From NCBI GenBank assembly GCA_050246755.1, contig JBFWVL010000001.1, positions 672,001 to 736,000 on the forward strand: a stretch of 64,000 nt of DNA, read 5' to 3'. Every line of letters starts with the position of its first letter. The first letter of the stretch is position 1. The notes below the pieces were generated by a model, which ran no database searches, was not told the origin of the DNA, and was given only the letters and a program-made list of their open reading frames with translations. The position numbers and the translations under genes are program-made. Below, one piece after another: positions 8,882-18,310 of this stretch. The DNA comes from Bacteriovoracia bacterium (lineage in GTDB: Bacteria; Bdellovibrionota; UBA1018; CAIPTA01).

Positions 8882-10249
8882 TCAAAACTTTGCCTGCAAG
8901 GGGCGAGGATCGCCGGCGCCCCTATACCGCCGCCACAACTCGCGGACCAAAAAAAGAATAAATACGAAAAGACAAACGCGAAACGGCGTTTGGTAATATC
9001 CGTAGGAAGAAAATACGATCACTCCCGAAAGAGAAAGCGGCGCCACGAATCCAGCGGCAAACAAAGTTTGCCGCCATCCCACGAAAAACAGTGCCAGCAG
9101 GAATACGCCCAAGAAAATTGCCCGGGCGATTAAACCCAGCCAAAAATTCGGATTGACGTTATGGTCATAAAGACGCCAGCTCCAAATATCCCAGTCCACG
9201 ATATTCCAAATTCGTTTTGCATGAAGTCTCAGCATATCCCAGGGATAATTTCTCCAAAATCGCAGGTAATCTTGGCGCAAAATCTTTCCGTATTCCGGGG
9301 AATAAAGGTTTACCTTCGGGGCCACCGCCCTGGCGAACCGATACTCGAAATAATCATTCCAGGTATTCTCGGCAACCGCTCCCGGCGGAATCTCGGCGGC
9401 CGGCACGAAACCAGGATAAATCCGCTGATCAGGCCCAATATGCCCACCGAACTCCAATAACCCGGCATGAATACTATGCCATATAGGGTGGCCCGTTCCC
9501 GGATGAAGGATCTTATCCTTCCACATCAGCGCCGTTAAAACCAGCATGCCCGTGAGAACCCTCCGGCGAAACTTTTCCGGAGAAACATCGCTCTTAAAGA
9601 ACCGGGCCGAAAATACCGGGAATACCAAAACCGGAAGCAGCGAGACGACCACCAGCCAGGATGAGGAGCGCGTAAAATTACACAGGTAAATCCCAAACGC
9701 ACCGGCAATGCCGACGGCCACCGCTCTCTTTCCCCGCAATTTGGCCGAAGCGAAAACAAGGATGCCCAAAAAGCATGCCGCATACAGGGGTATCGAATAT
9801 ACATCGAGGGAATACAAGTTCTGAGATACCTGCGGCGCGAGGTAAATCACTCCCTGAATGACTCCGCCCCATATATTTCCGAAAACTTTACTCAACAGGA
9901 AATAAAGGAGCATGGACATAAAAATAAAAATACCATTTACCAATAGTGGCAGCGCGGGCGGAATTTTTTCCCTGGGATGAATTCCGATGTACTTCGGTTG
10001 AAGTAGATAGGCAGCCTTCGCTAGATGAGCCAAGCCCAAATCGTCGAAATTTGCATCGAGATCAGGAAGATGCGGAATATCTTTTTTCACCCATCGGTTG
10101 GCGCGACGCTGCCCGGCCAAGCAGGAATTGCCCACGCGAGTGCCCTGCGAAAGCTCGGGGTATTTAGGATAGTAAAAATATCCCGCCGTCATCACGAGCA
10201 GAGGCAATAGAATTGGCCAGTTTTTAGGAAGTTTTTTCCAGCGCAGCAT
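8882..10249 (-). CDS. Polytopic membrane protein, possible GT-C glycosyltransferase
   Basis: About 10-11 hydrophobic segments, DD pair in first extracytoplasmic loop, more AT-rich than neighbours. Confidence 0.5.
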   Translation of the reverse strand: MLRWKKLPKNWPILLPLLVMTAGYFYYPKYPELSQGTRVGNSCLAGQRRANRWVKKDIPHLPDLDANFDDLGLAHLAKAAYLLQPKYIGIHPREKIPPALPLLVNGIFIFMSMLLYFLLSKVFGNIWGGVIQGVIYLAPQVSQNLYSLDVYSIPLYAACFLGILVFASAKLRGKRAVAVGIAGAFGIYLCNFTRSSSWLVVVSLLPVLVFPVFSARFFKSDVSPEKFRRRVLTGMLVLTALMWKDKILHPGTGHPIWHSIHAGLLEFGGHIGPDQRIYPGFVPAAEIPPGAVAENTWNDYFEYRFARAVAPKVNLYSPEYGKILRQDYLRFWRNYPWDMLRLHAKRIWNIVDWDIWSWRLYDHNVNPNFWLGLIARAIFLGVFLLALFFVGWRQTLFAAGFVAPLSLSGVIVFSSYGYYQTPFRVCLFVFILFLVRELWRRYRGAGDPRPLQAKF

Positions 10250-10295
10250 ACCTAAATACCTACCAGCCGGGATAGACAGCAGGAAAGAAAAACGC

Positions 10296-11177
10296 TTAGG
10301 ACGCGAGCATTTTCTCGAATTCGGAAAGAAGCTCGGCTTCTTTTTCTTTGGGAGATTTTTCGGCGGCAGGAGCTTCTGCGGTAGGAGTTACGGGCGCAAG
10401 CACGTTCGTATTCGTTTCGGCGGCTTTCACCGGTTCAGCGGCGGGAGCTGGAGCGGCGGCCACTACCGGTGCTGGTGCCGGCTCGGGAGCGGCGGGGGCA
10501 GGCTCCGCCGGAACCACTTTCAGTTCGGGCTGCTGAGGAGCCCCACCGGAAATCGTTACCTCAACGGGCGCAGCCGGAGCGGCCGCGGCTACCGTAGTAG
10601 CTCCGCCTTTCTCGTACTGCTCTACCTTAGTGCGGAGAACTTCGTTCTCCTTCTGGAATTTTTTCAGGTTGGCCAAGTCGTCTTCGATCACTTCGTATTC
10701 TTGGAGCTTGGCTTTAAGGTCTTCTAGTTCTTTCACGGCGGCCGGATTCGGCGCGGCGGCCCCACCAGCTGCAGGTGCGGCGGCGAGTTTTTGCTCCAAC
10801 GCGGTTTTTTCGGCGCGGAGTCCGTTCAGCATGCGATCGAAATCTAGGGCGCGCTGGTCGGCGAGCGAAAGCTGGGCGCGGAGGGCTTCGAGCTCACGGC
10901 CGAGAGCAGGATCATTTCCTGCCACCACGGTCGTAACCGATCCGGTAACCGGGGGAGCCTCACCAAATAAACGATAACGAAGTTCGGCTTCGTCGGAACG
11001 GGCCTTGTCCAAATATGCACGCACTAGGGCGGCGGGAACCCATTCGGCGGTCTCCCGCTTCTTCTTGCGAATAAGCGTCCAGTAAACCGTAATGGCCGCT
11101 ACCGCACAAATAAGTGCGATTTCAGCTCCTACGAGCTCCTCGGAAAACTTACTAAAGAATAGCGCTATGGCGTCCAA
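10296..11177 (-). CDS. Hypothetical protein: one TM, coiled coil, Pro/Ala-rich tail
   Basis: ORF composition. Confidence 0.7.
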   Translation of the reverse strand: MDAIALFFSKFSEELVGAEIALICAVAAITVYWTLIRKKKRETAEWVPAALVRAYLDKARSDEAELRYRLFGEAPPVTGSVTTVVAGNDPALGRELEALRAQLSLADQRALDFDRMLNGLRAEKTALEQKLAAAPAAGGAAAPNPAAVKELEDLKAKLQEYEVIEDDLANLKKFQKENEVLRTKVEQYEKGGATTVAAAAPAAPVEVTISGGAPQQPELKVVPAEPAPAAPEPAPAPVVAAAPAPAAEPVKAAETNTNVLAPVTPTAEAPAAEKSPKEKEAELLSEFEKMLAS

Positions 11178-11203
11178 GAGAACCTCTTGCTACACTTCGG
11201 CTT

Positions 11204-12001
11204 ATGCCTAGTGGGAAGACCTTCACTCCACTTTTCGGTACTTTCGTGATTCTCCTTAGCCCTTTTTTCCCTATTAGTGAAAATGCGGCATTGGCCGCGA
11301 AACCCCCTTATATCGTGGTCCTAGACCCGGGGCATGGCGGCGTGGATACAGGTACGCTCGCGGGAACCGGTAAAAAACGCATACTCGAAAAAGACATTAC
11401 TCTCGCCATCACCATCCGCACCGAGAAGATCCTAAATGATCCTAAATACGCAAAAACCTTGGGCCGCAAGATCAAGGTACTCGTAACCCGCCGTTCCGAT
11501 GTGGAGGTGCCCCTCGAAGCCCGCGCCGAGCTCGCCAAAAGCAACCACGCGGATCTCTTCGTGTCCATCCACGTGAACTCCGACACTACCCACACCGTGC
11601 AGGGCCTCGAGACGTATTTCCTGAACAATACCGACTCCGAGAGCAGCTCCAAGCTCGAGCAAATCGAGAACCGCACGAGCAAAAAATACGGGAGCGGAAA
11701 ATCCCTCCTGATGCGTACCGTAGCCGCCGACGCCGTAACCGAAGTATCCCGGGAAGCCGCCAAAACCATCCATTCGAGCCTCGCCGACCACTTGCGCAGC
11801 GAAGACGTGCCTTTCCACGACCGGGGCGTGAAACAAGCCATGCTCTACGTATTATTGGACTCCCAGGTGCCCGCCGTTTTGATCGAGGCTTTTTACCTGA
11901 GCCATAAGAAGGACTTGATCCTGATCACGGACCCGGAGAACCGACAGAAAATTGCCGAGGGGATCGCCAAGGGCGTACTGAGATTTTTGGCCCTACAATA
12001 G
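11204..12001 (+). CDS. N-acetylmuramoyl-L-alanine amidase (Amidase_3)
   Basis: LDPGHGG, EKDITL, FVSIHVN, PAVLIE zinc/catalytic motifs. Confidence 0.93.
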   Translation: MPSGKTFTPLFGTFVILLSPFFPISENAALAAKPPYIVVLDPGHGGVDTGTLAGTGKKRILEKDITLAITIRTEKILNDPKYAKTLGRKIKVLVTRRSDVEVPLEARAELAKSNHADLFVSIHVNSDTTHTVQGLETYFLNNTDSESSSKLEQIENRTSKKYGSGKSLLMRTVAADAVTEVSREAAKTIHSSLADHLRSEDVPFHDRGVKQAMLYVLLDSQVPAVLIEAFYLSHKKDLILITDPENRQKIAEGIAKGVLRFLALQ

Positions 12002-12177
12002 CTTAGTCCACCGCTGATTACATTCCATACACCCCTGCCCAATGTGTAGACAGCTAACACCTGCCCAAAACATATACACAGATTATATGCGTTCCCATAA
12101 TGGGGTTCTATAATCCTAGTTTATGCTTCCTCCGAAAAATCAGGGGCTTAGGTGTCCTGTCTCGCTCCCGACACCCC

Positions 12178-12193
12178 TTGGCACAACGCTTGC
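12178..12193 (+). promoter_or_regulatory. Sigma54 promoter
   Basis: TTGGCACAACGCTTGC; IHF-like AATCAGGGGCTTA at 12138-12150; enhancer-like 17-mers at 12036 and 12062. Confidence 0.8.
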
Positions 12194-12298
12194 GATTACC
12201 TGATCAGAAGTAGATGTATCTGTTCTGAGACAGGCCCCGGCCCAACCAGTAACAAGTGCAATGCAGAATTAGTTAAACGCGATTTGTTGGAGGTCCCT

Positions 12299-12796
12299 AT
12301 GAAAATCACTAAGCAAGCAAGAGCAGCTTTGTTTGTGATGCTGTTAGCAATCAGTATCCTGCCAGGCTGTGGTAAAAATAAAAACCAAGGCGACGTTGGA
12401 ATCGGTGTAGCACCGATCGGACTGTTCCCGGGCGCACCCGCCGGAAGCACGTCTTTCGCATTCTACGGAAATGGCCAAGTAGGCGCCGGCAGCGGTCTCT
12501 ACGGAAATTTCTCGGCAGGTGGTAGCGGCCAAGTTTTGGGCCCTCAATACCGCCGCACCAACGGCTCCGGCGACCAGATCCTAGTATCCGTAAGCGGAGC
12601 TACTGGTTACGGAACGAGCCAAGTAACCGTATCGGGCATCGTATCCCTCGCGCCCTCTACCGTAGCTTGGTACCAAGTTAACTGTGGTGGCATGCCCAAC
12701 ATGGTTGTCTTCCAAGGACAAGTTCTCAACGCAACCGGTGTGATCCAATCTTCGATCCCCGTAGGCTTGGGCTACTCCTGCGGACTCAGCCTCTAA
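12299..12796 (+). CDS. Gly-rich lipoprotein, hypothetical
   Basis: GGAGG RBS, lipobox LPGC. Confidence 0.75.
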   Translation: MKITKQARAALFVMLLAISILPGCGKNKNQGDVGIGVAPIGLFPGAPAGSTSFAFYGNGQVGAGSGLYGNFSAGGSGQVLGPQYRRTNGSGDQILVSVSGATGYGTSQVTVSGIVSLAPSTVAWYQVNCGGMPNMVVFQGQVLNATGVIQSSIPVGLGYSCGLSL

Positions 12797-12814
12797 TCTT
12801 TCACGGTGTCCAAA

Positions 12815-12982
12815 TCTCGTAGCTTCGAAACACCCACATCGCGTGTGTCAAAGCTAAAGTAGAAGTGAATAGTTAGAGTTCCCCGCTGTACGTATGCTCC
12901 TCGCTAAAGTTGAAGTTGTAGTTCATGTTGTAAAAAGTTTCTGAACTACGAGAAGAAACGATATTCCTGCTCTCTCGTTTCT
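12815..12982 (+). ncRNA. Candidate structured RNA or long 3' UTR
   Basis: 12815-12831 pairs with 12937-12953; a further hairpin at 12954-12982; followed by a terminator. Confidence 0.45.
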
Positions 12983-12992
12983 AGGACATTGG

Positions 12993-13018
12993 GCCCCGCT
13001 TAATAGCGGGGCTTTTTT
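12993..13018 (+). terminator. Rho-independent terminator
   Basis: GCCCCGCT-TAAT-AGCGGGGC-TTTTTT. Confidence 0.9.
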
Positions 13019-13192
13019 ATTTGTATCAAGCGAAGCAGAAATCCTCGCCGCTACCTAAGAAAAGCCTCAAATCCTCCTAAAAGCCCTACTTAGAATGGGG
13101 CTTCTTCATTTACGCCTTGGCACTCCTCCTCCCCCAGGATAAATTTAGGGGAAGCGCCTCACCCCTTTTGGTGAAGCCGGAGGAATTTAGTC

Positions 13193-13726
13193 ATGAAGAC
13201 CCTTCTATTGATTGCCTTTTTTTTTACCGTAAGTTCCGCCAAAGCCGCGACCCTGATGGATCTCCGGTGCAGCGAAAAGGGCTTCGACAAAAACTTCTAC
13301 GTCACCAATAAGAACGGCGAGAAACACCTCAAGGAAGATATCCGTTTCGAAAACAAGGCCAGCTGCGAAGCCGCCCTGGAAAAAGCCCGTAAAAATCCCG
13401 CCAATGTAAGCTGCGTTCCCGCCGAGCTTGGCCTCTCGCGCATGTTCACGCTGTATAGCTTCCAGAGCGGAAAACAAATCGGCCGCTCGGTTTTCGGCAA
13501 AGAACGCTGCGACCAGCAGGCCGACTCCGCTAAACCCGATTTCGTTTGCGCGCTCGAAGCCGGCATCGCCTCCGTGAAATTCCTGCGCTTCAATCAGTCC
13601 GGCGCCCCCTTGGACCAGCAGACTTATACCACCTTGGCTGATTGCACCAAAGAGAAGGCGAAGTCATCCCCTTCCGCCACCGAAGACGCCGCTCCCGCCG
13701 GCGACTCGAATACTTCCGCGAATTAA
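13193..13726 (+). CDS. Secreted Cys-containing hypothetical protein
   Basis: GGAGG RBS, signal peptide AKA, 6 Cys, C-terminal tail ending NTSAN. Confidence 0.75.
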   Translation: MKTLLLIAFFFTVSSAKAATLMDLRCSEKGFDKNFYVTNKNGEKHLKEDIRFENKASCEAALEKARKNPANVSCVPAELGLSRMFTLYSFQSGKQIGRSVFGKERCDQQADSAKPDFVCALEAGIASVKFLRFNQSGAPLDQQTYTTLADCTKEKAKSSPSATEDAAPAGDSNTSAN

Positions 13727-13770
13727 TCCGCCGGTTTGTCTCCCGCGGGGGTTTACGCTATAGTTTTGCG

Positions 13771-14811
13771 ATGTCCCTCGAGAATAAAACCCCTTTTCTC
13801 CTCCCGAAAAACGGCAAAAAAAATACCCTGAGCGGAGCCGCGCCCAGCGGAAATCTCACGCTCGGAAATTATATCGGGGCGATCACGAACTGGGGCGCTC
13901 TCCAGGAAGAATTCAATTGCTACTACATGGTGGTGGACCTGCACTCGATCACCACGAAGCAGGATCCGAAAATCCTGCGCGAGCGCAGCCTGAGCTTTTA
14001 TGCCCAGTACCTCGCCTGCGGCCTGGACCCCGAAAAGAACGTGATCTTCCTGCAGAGCCACGTGAGCGAGCACGCGGAGCTCGCCTGGGCATTGAATTGC
14101 TTCACTCCCTTCGGCGATCTTTCGCGGATGACGCAGTTTAAGGACAAGAGCCTCAAGCACGCCAAGAATATCAACGCCGGGCTCTTCACCTACCCCGTGC
14201 TGATGGCCGCCGATATCCTTCTTTACGATGCGCACGTGGTGCCCGTGGGCGAAGACCAAAAGCAGCACCTCGAACTCACGCGCGACGTGGCAATGCGGTT
14301 CAATAATGAGTTCGGCGAAACCTTCGCGGTGCCCGATCCGATGATTCCCAAAGTAGGTGCACGCATCATGGCGCTGCTCGAGCCCACGAGAAAAATGGAT
14401 AAGTCGGATCCGAATCCGAACAATACGGTTTTCCTGCTGGATGAACCGAAGGTGCTCGAGAAGAAGTTCAAGAGCGCCACCACGGATTCGGGCAGCGAGA
14501 TCAAATTCGACGAAGAGAATAAACCCGGCGTCTCGAATCTAATGCAGATTCATTCCGTGCTGAGCGGAAAATCCATCCCTGAATTGGAACAGCATTTCAC
14601 GGGTAAAATGTACGGCCACCTCAAGGTGGAAACCGCGGCGGTGGCGATCGAAAAATTCACCCCGGTGCAGGAGCGCTACAAACAGCTCATGGGCGATAAA
14701 GCTTACCTCGCCGAGGTGATGAAAAAGAACGCCCTCCGCGCCAAAGAGCACGCGGCCAAAACTCTGGCCCGGGCCTACGAAAAAATCGGATTTATTCCCA
14801 AAGGCTTCTAG
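13771..14811 (+). CDS. trpS: Tryptophan--tRNA ligase
   Basis: TLGNYIGA, YPVLMAADIL, VPVGEDQKQHLE, KMDKS. Confidence 0.96.
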   Translation: MSLENKTPFLLPKNGKKNTLSGAAPSGNLTLGNYIGAITNWGALQEEFNCYYMVVDLHSITTKQDPKILRERSLSFYAQYLACGLDPEKNVIFLQSHVSEHAELAWALNCFTPFGDLSRMTQFKDKSLKHAKNINAGLFTYPVLMAADILLYDAHVVPVGEDQKQHLELTRDVAMRFNNEFGETFAVPDPMIPKVGARIMALLEPTRKMDKSDPNPNNTVFLLDEPKVLEKKFKSATTDSGSEIKFDEENKPGVSNLMQIHSVLSGKSIPELEQHFTGKMYGHLKVETAAVAIEKFTPVQERYKQLMGDKAYLAEVMKKNALRAKEHAAKTLARAYEKIGFIPKGF

Positions 14812-14904
14812 GCATCGGCTCTCGCCTATCCGACTGGGCGAGTCCGCTATTATTCCCCTCCCTTCACCTGGGATTCGCCACCAGGAATCTGCGATACTAA
14901 GAAA

Positions 14905-15777
14905 ATGAACGCCTCCTTCGGAGAATTCGCCGCCTACCTCCGGCTCGATAAAGGGCTCTCGGAAAAAACCGTGGCGAGCTACCTCTCCGACCTCCACCTT
15001 ATCGGCAAGGAAACGGAATTGCTCGCCATGAGCGAGGCCCAGGTGGAAAGCCAGCTCAGTGCCTGGAGAAAAGCAGGCCTCGCGGCTTCTTCGGTACAAA
15101 GAAAAGTTGCGAGCCTGCGTGCGTTTTTCGCATTCCACCAACGCAATGATTCGGATCTCCAGGATCCCACGAGCAAAATCGAATTGAAGTGCGCGCGCAG
15201 GCCCTTGCCCAAAGCGCTTTCAGCCGAAAATATTCGAAAAATATTGAGTGCGCCCAACCTAGAGACCCCGGAAGGCTTTCGCGATCGTGCCTGGATCGAA
15301 TTGCTCTACGCTTGCGGCCTGCGCGTTTCGGAACTCGTGGGCCTCAAACCGGGAAACTTGCAGTTAGGCTCTTCACAATTGCGCGTGATGGGCAAAGGCT
15401 CGAAGGAACGCATCATTCCCATAGGGAAATCCGCGATCGCCTGGCTGGAGCGCTACCTGAAAGAGGCGTATCCTAAGCTCAATCAGGGATTGGCCTGCGA
15501 GTTTCTTTTTATCGAGCCCAAGGGGCCGCGCCCTCTCACCCGCCAGGAAATTTGGCAGCTGCTGAAGAACTATGCAAAAAAAGGCGGCGTGAAAGAACAC
15601 GTGAGCCCGCATCAGCTGCGCCATAGCTTTGCCACGCATTTGCTGGAAGGCGGGATGAACCTGCGCTCCGTGCAAACATTGCTGGGGCATAGCGATATCT
15701 CTACCACCCAAATCTATACCCAAGTGGAAGCGGCCCGCCTGGTGGATGCGCACCGGAAGTTTCACCCTCGAAAGTAG
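14905..15777 (+). CDS. xerD: Tyrosine recombinase XerD
   Basis: LYACGLRVSEL, GKGSKER, HQLRHSFATHLL, LGHSDISTTQIY, HPR end. Confidence 0.92.
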   Translation: MNASFGEFAAYLRLDKGLSEKTVASYLSDLHLIGKETELLAMSEAQVESQLSAWRKAGLAASSVQRKVASLRAFFAFHQRNDSDLQDPTSKIELKCARRPLPKALSAENIRKILSAPNLETPEGFRDRAWIELLYACGLRVSELVGLKPGNLQLGSSQLRVMGKGSKERIIPIGKSAIAWLERYLKEAYPKLNQGLACEFLFIEPKGPRPLTRQEIWQLLKNYAKKGGVKEHVSPHQLRHSFATHLLEGGMNLRSVQTLLGHSDISTTQIYTQVEAARLVDAHRKFHPRK

Positions 15778-15810
15778 TGCAGGGACGAAGGTTAGTGATA
15801 TAACCCTCCT

Positions 15811-16503
15811 ATGAACTTCGACCCAGTAGAGATCTTCCGCAATATCCTGATCTTCATGCCGGCCTTTCTGTTCGCGCTCGTGGTGCACGAATATGCGCAC
15901 GCCTGGATGGCAACCAAGTTCGGCGATAATACTTCCGAATGGAGCGGCCGTCTCACGATGAACCCCACGGCGCATATCGATCCCCTGGGCACCCTGATTT
16001 TTCCCATCGCCAGCATTGCCATGGGCTCGCATATCTTCTTCGGCTGGGCCAAGCCCGTGCCGATCAATCCCAGCCTCTTCTCCAGCTACCGAAAGGGCTT
16101 ATTCTGGGTCGCCTTTGCGGGCCCTCTCTCGAATATCATCACCGGATTTCTATCGGCCTTTCTGCTCGTGGGTTTCCTTGCCTACGTTCCCCGCGATTTC
16201 GCCTTTTATGCCGGCGCTCAGGGAATTCTCGAGAGCTTCCTCATGCTGAACTTCTCTTTGGCGATTTTTAATCTGCTACCGGTGCCTCCGCTGGATGGGT
16301 CCAACATAGTTTTGAGCTTTCTTAGCTATAATGCGTCGCAAAAATTTATGGCCATCCAGCAGTATGCCAATATCTTATTGATATTCATGCTCTTTACCGG
16401 AGCCCTCTCCTTCATCCGCATCCCCATCATCCTGCTCGTAAACCTTTCGCTAAACCTCGCAACCAGTGTGTTTGGCTTTGCGTTACCTGGTTATTCTGGT
16501 TAA
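15811..16503 (+). CDS. Site-2 protease family (M50)
   Basis: HEYAH, AGPLSN, FNLLPVPPLDG. Confidence 0.92.
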   Translation: MNFDPVEIFRNILIFMPAFLFALVVHEYAHAWMATKFGDNTSEWSGRLTMNPTAHIDPLGTLIFPIASIAMGSHIFFGWAKPVPINPSLFSSYRKGLFWVAFAGPLSNIITGFLSAFLLVGFLAYVPRDFAFYAGAQGILESFLMLNFSLAIFNLLPVPPLDGSNIVLSFLSYNASQKFMAIQQYANILLIFMLFTGALSFIRIPIILLVNLSLNLATSVFGFALPGYSG

Positions 16504-16515
16504 ATTCTTCCGGTA

Positions 16516-17322
16516 ATGAATACAGAACTCCGTGTAAAACTGGCCAGCTTTGAAGGGCCCTTGGATCTCCTTTTGTACCTTATCCAAAAGGACGAGATCG
16601 ATATCCGTAATATCAAAATTGCGGAAATCACCCATCAGTACCTTCGCACCCTCGATTTGATGCGCGAGCATAACCTCGATATCGCCGGTGATTTCTTGCT
16701 GATGGCAAGTACTCTTATTTATATCAAGAGCCGCACCATGCTGCCCAACCAAGACGAAGCCACGGCCCTGGACGGCGACGAGATCCAGACACAGGAAGAG
16801 CTCATGCGCCGCCTGCTGGAACACCAGCGCTACCGCGCGATGGCCCTCGATTTCAAACAGATGCCCGTGCTCGGCGCGGACTTCTTCAAGCGCCCGCCGC
16901 CGAACGAAAAAGAGAAGAAAGAGCAGCTCCTGAAAGAAATGAATCTTTCGGATCTCACGCTCGCGTTCCAAGATTTGCTGATGCGCTCGCGCCGCCCAAC
17001 GGCAAAGGTGAAAAAAGATAAGCTCTCGATCGCCGACGCCGCCAAGCGGATCGCCGATAAGCTGGGCTCCCAGGAAATCACCGACTTCCAAACCCTTTTC
17101 GCCGAAACCGCCGATCGCAACGAAGTGGTAGTTACCTTCCTCGCCATTCTCGAGCTCGGCCGCCTGCAGAAAATCCGCGTGCTCCAGCACAGCGTTTACG
17201 GAACCATTTATATCGTGCTCCGCGAGCGTCTCAACCTTGAGACGATGGAGAAACTTTTCGAATCAGGAGACTCGTATGCCTACCAACAACGACCAGCACC
17301 AGCTCCCGCCGCAACCCTCTGA
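16516..17322 (+). CDS. scpA: Segregation and condensation protein A
   Basis: FEGPLDLLLYLI, VTFLAILEL. Confidence 0.95.
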   Translation: MNTELRVKLASFEGPLDLLLYLIQKDEIDIRNIKIAEITHQYLRTLDLMREHNLDIAGDFLLMASTLIYIKSRTMLPNQDEATALDGDEIQTQEELMRRLLEHQRYRAMALDFKQMPVLGADFFKRPPPNEKEKKEQLLKEMNLSDLTLAFQDLLMRSRRPTAKVKKDKLSIADAAKRIADKLGSQEITDFQTLFAETADRNEVVVTFLAILELGRLQKIRVLQHSVYGTIYIVLRERLNLETMEKLFESGDSYAYQQRPAPAPAATL

Positions 17323-18310
17323 TATGCAGCCTGACGAAATCCACAATCTCGGCGCGGAATCCGAAGAGTCAGCGGCTCCGTTCGCTGGCTTTGAATCCGA
17401 TCCCGGCCTGGAAAATCCCGCGGAAGCGGCTCCCACTGAAGGCGAAACCACGGCCGCTCCCGCCGAACCTATTTTCTACCGCGATCTCTCGAGCGCCGAA
17501 CTGCAAAGTGCCGTGGAAACGATCCTTTTCCTCCAGCACAAACCGATTTCGATCAATAAGCTCCGCGAACTGATTCATCCCGAGATCGCCGAAGACGAAT
17601 TCCGCACCGCCGTTTCCAATATTATGGCCTCCTATTTCGACGAGAGCCGTGGCATCGAGCTCGTGGAAGTAGCCGGCGGCTTCCAATTCCGCACTAAGGC
17701 TGAGAACAAAGAATTCGTGCGCCGCCTCTACCAAATCGCCCCGATGAAGCTCACTAATGCCATGCTCGAAGTATTGGCGATTGCGGCCTATAACCAGCCA
17801 CTTACCCGGGAAACCATCGATAAAATCCGGGGCGTGGATTCCAGCCACCTCGTAAGGGCGCTCCTGGACAAAAAAATGCTGCGGATCGCCGGAAAGAGCG
17901 ACGAACTTGGCCGCCCTATGATATATGCCACTACGAAAGAATTCCTCGAGCTCTTTGGTCTGCGCGATTTGAGCGCATTGCCCTCGCTCCGCGAACTGGA
18001 AGAAATGCTCCCCGCGAACGAAGTGGGTGGCGAAGTTTCCGAAGAAGAGCTGCTAGCCAAAGAAATGGAAGGCATCGTAGAGGAATCGCATCCGCTCGAG
18101 TTCAACGACCTCGAGCTCGAAGATTTGGAAGCCCATGAAACGCAGAAAATCGTATCGGCCGAACCAGCCGTTCAAGCACAAACGGACAGCGACGGACGCG
18201 CGACGCGCTACGGAAGCTCCACGGACCTCAACGAAGCCCAACCAGGAGATCTCGATCTCTCGCCAGAAGCTTCTCGACGTATCACGCCTGGACAAGAAGG
18301 CAACGCTTAG
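17276..18310 (+). CDS. scpB: Segregation and condensation protein B with acidic tails
   Basis: EVAGGFQFRT, IAYNQP-like motif, IRGVDS, GRPMIYATTKEFL; AGGAG before ATG 17276. Confidence 0.93.
   Translation: MPTNNDQHQLPPQPSDMQPDEIHNLGAESEESAAPFAGFESDPGLENPAEAAPTEGETTAAPAEPIFYRDLSSAELQSAVETILFLQHKPISINKLRELIHPEIAEDEFRTAVSNIMASYFDESRGIELVEVAGGFQFRTKAENKEFVRRLYQIAPMKLTNAMLEVLAIAAYNQPLTRETIDKIRGVDSSHLVRALLDKKMLRIAGKSDELGRPMIYATTKEFLELFGLRDLSALPSLRELEEMLPANEVGGEVSEEELLAKEMEGIVEESHPLEFNDLELEDLEAHETQKIVSAEPAVQAQTDSDGRATRYGSSTDLNEAQPGDLDLSPEASRRITPGQEGNA

Noticed and set aside
13642-13770. Longer trpS start, or a T-box leader
   Set aside because: It overlaps the upstream gene, shows no T-box motif, and the promoter sits directly before ATG 13771
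14905-15777. Tyrosine recombinase as a mobile-element integrase
   Set aside because: XerD-type sequence in housekeeping synteny with scpAB; no att sites seen
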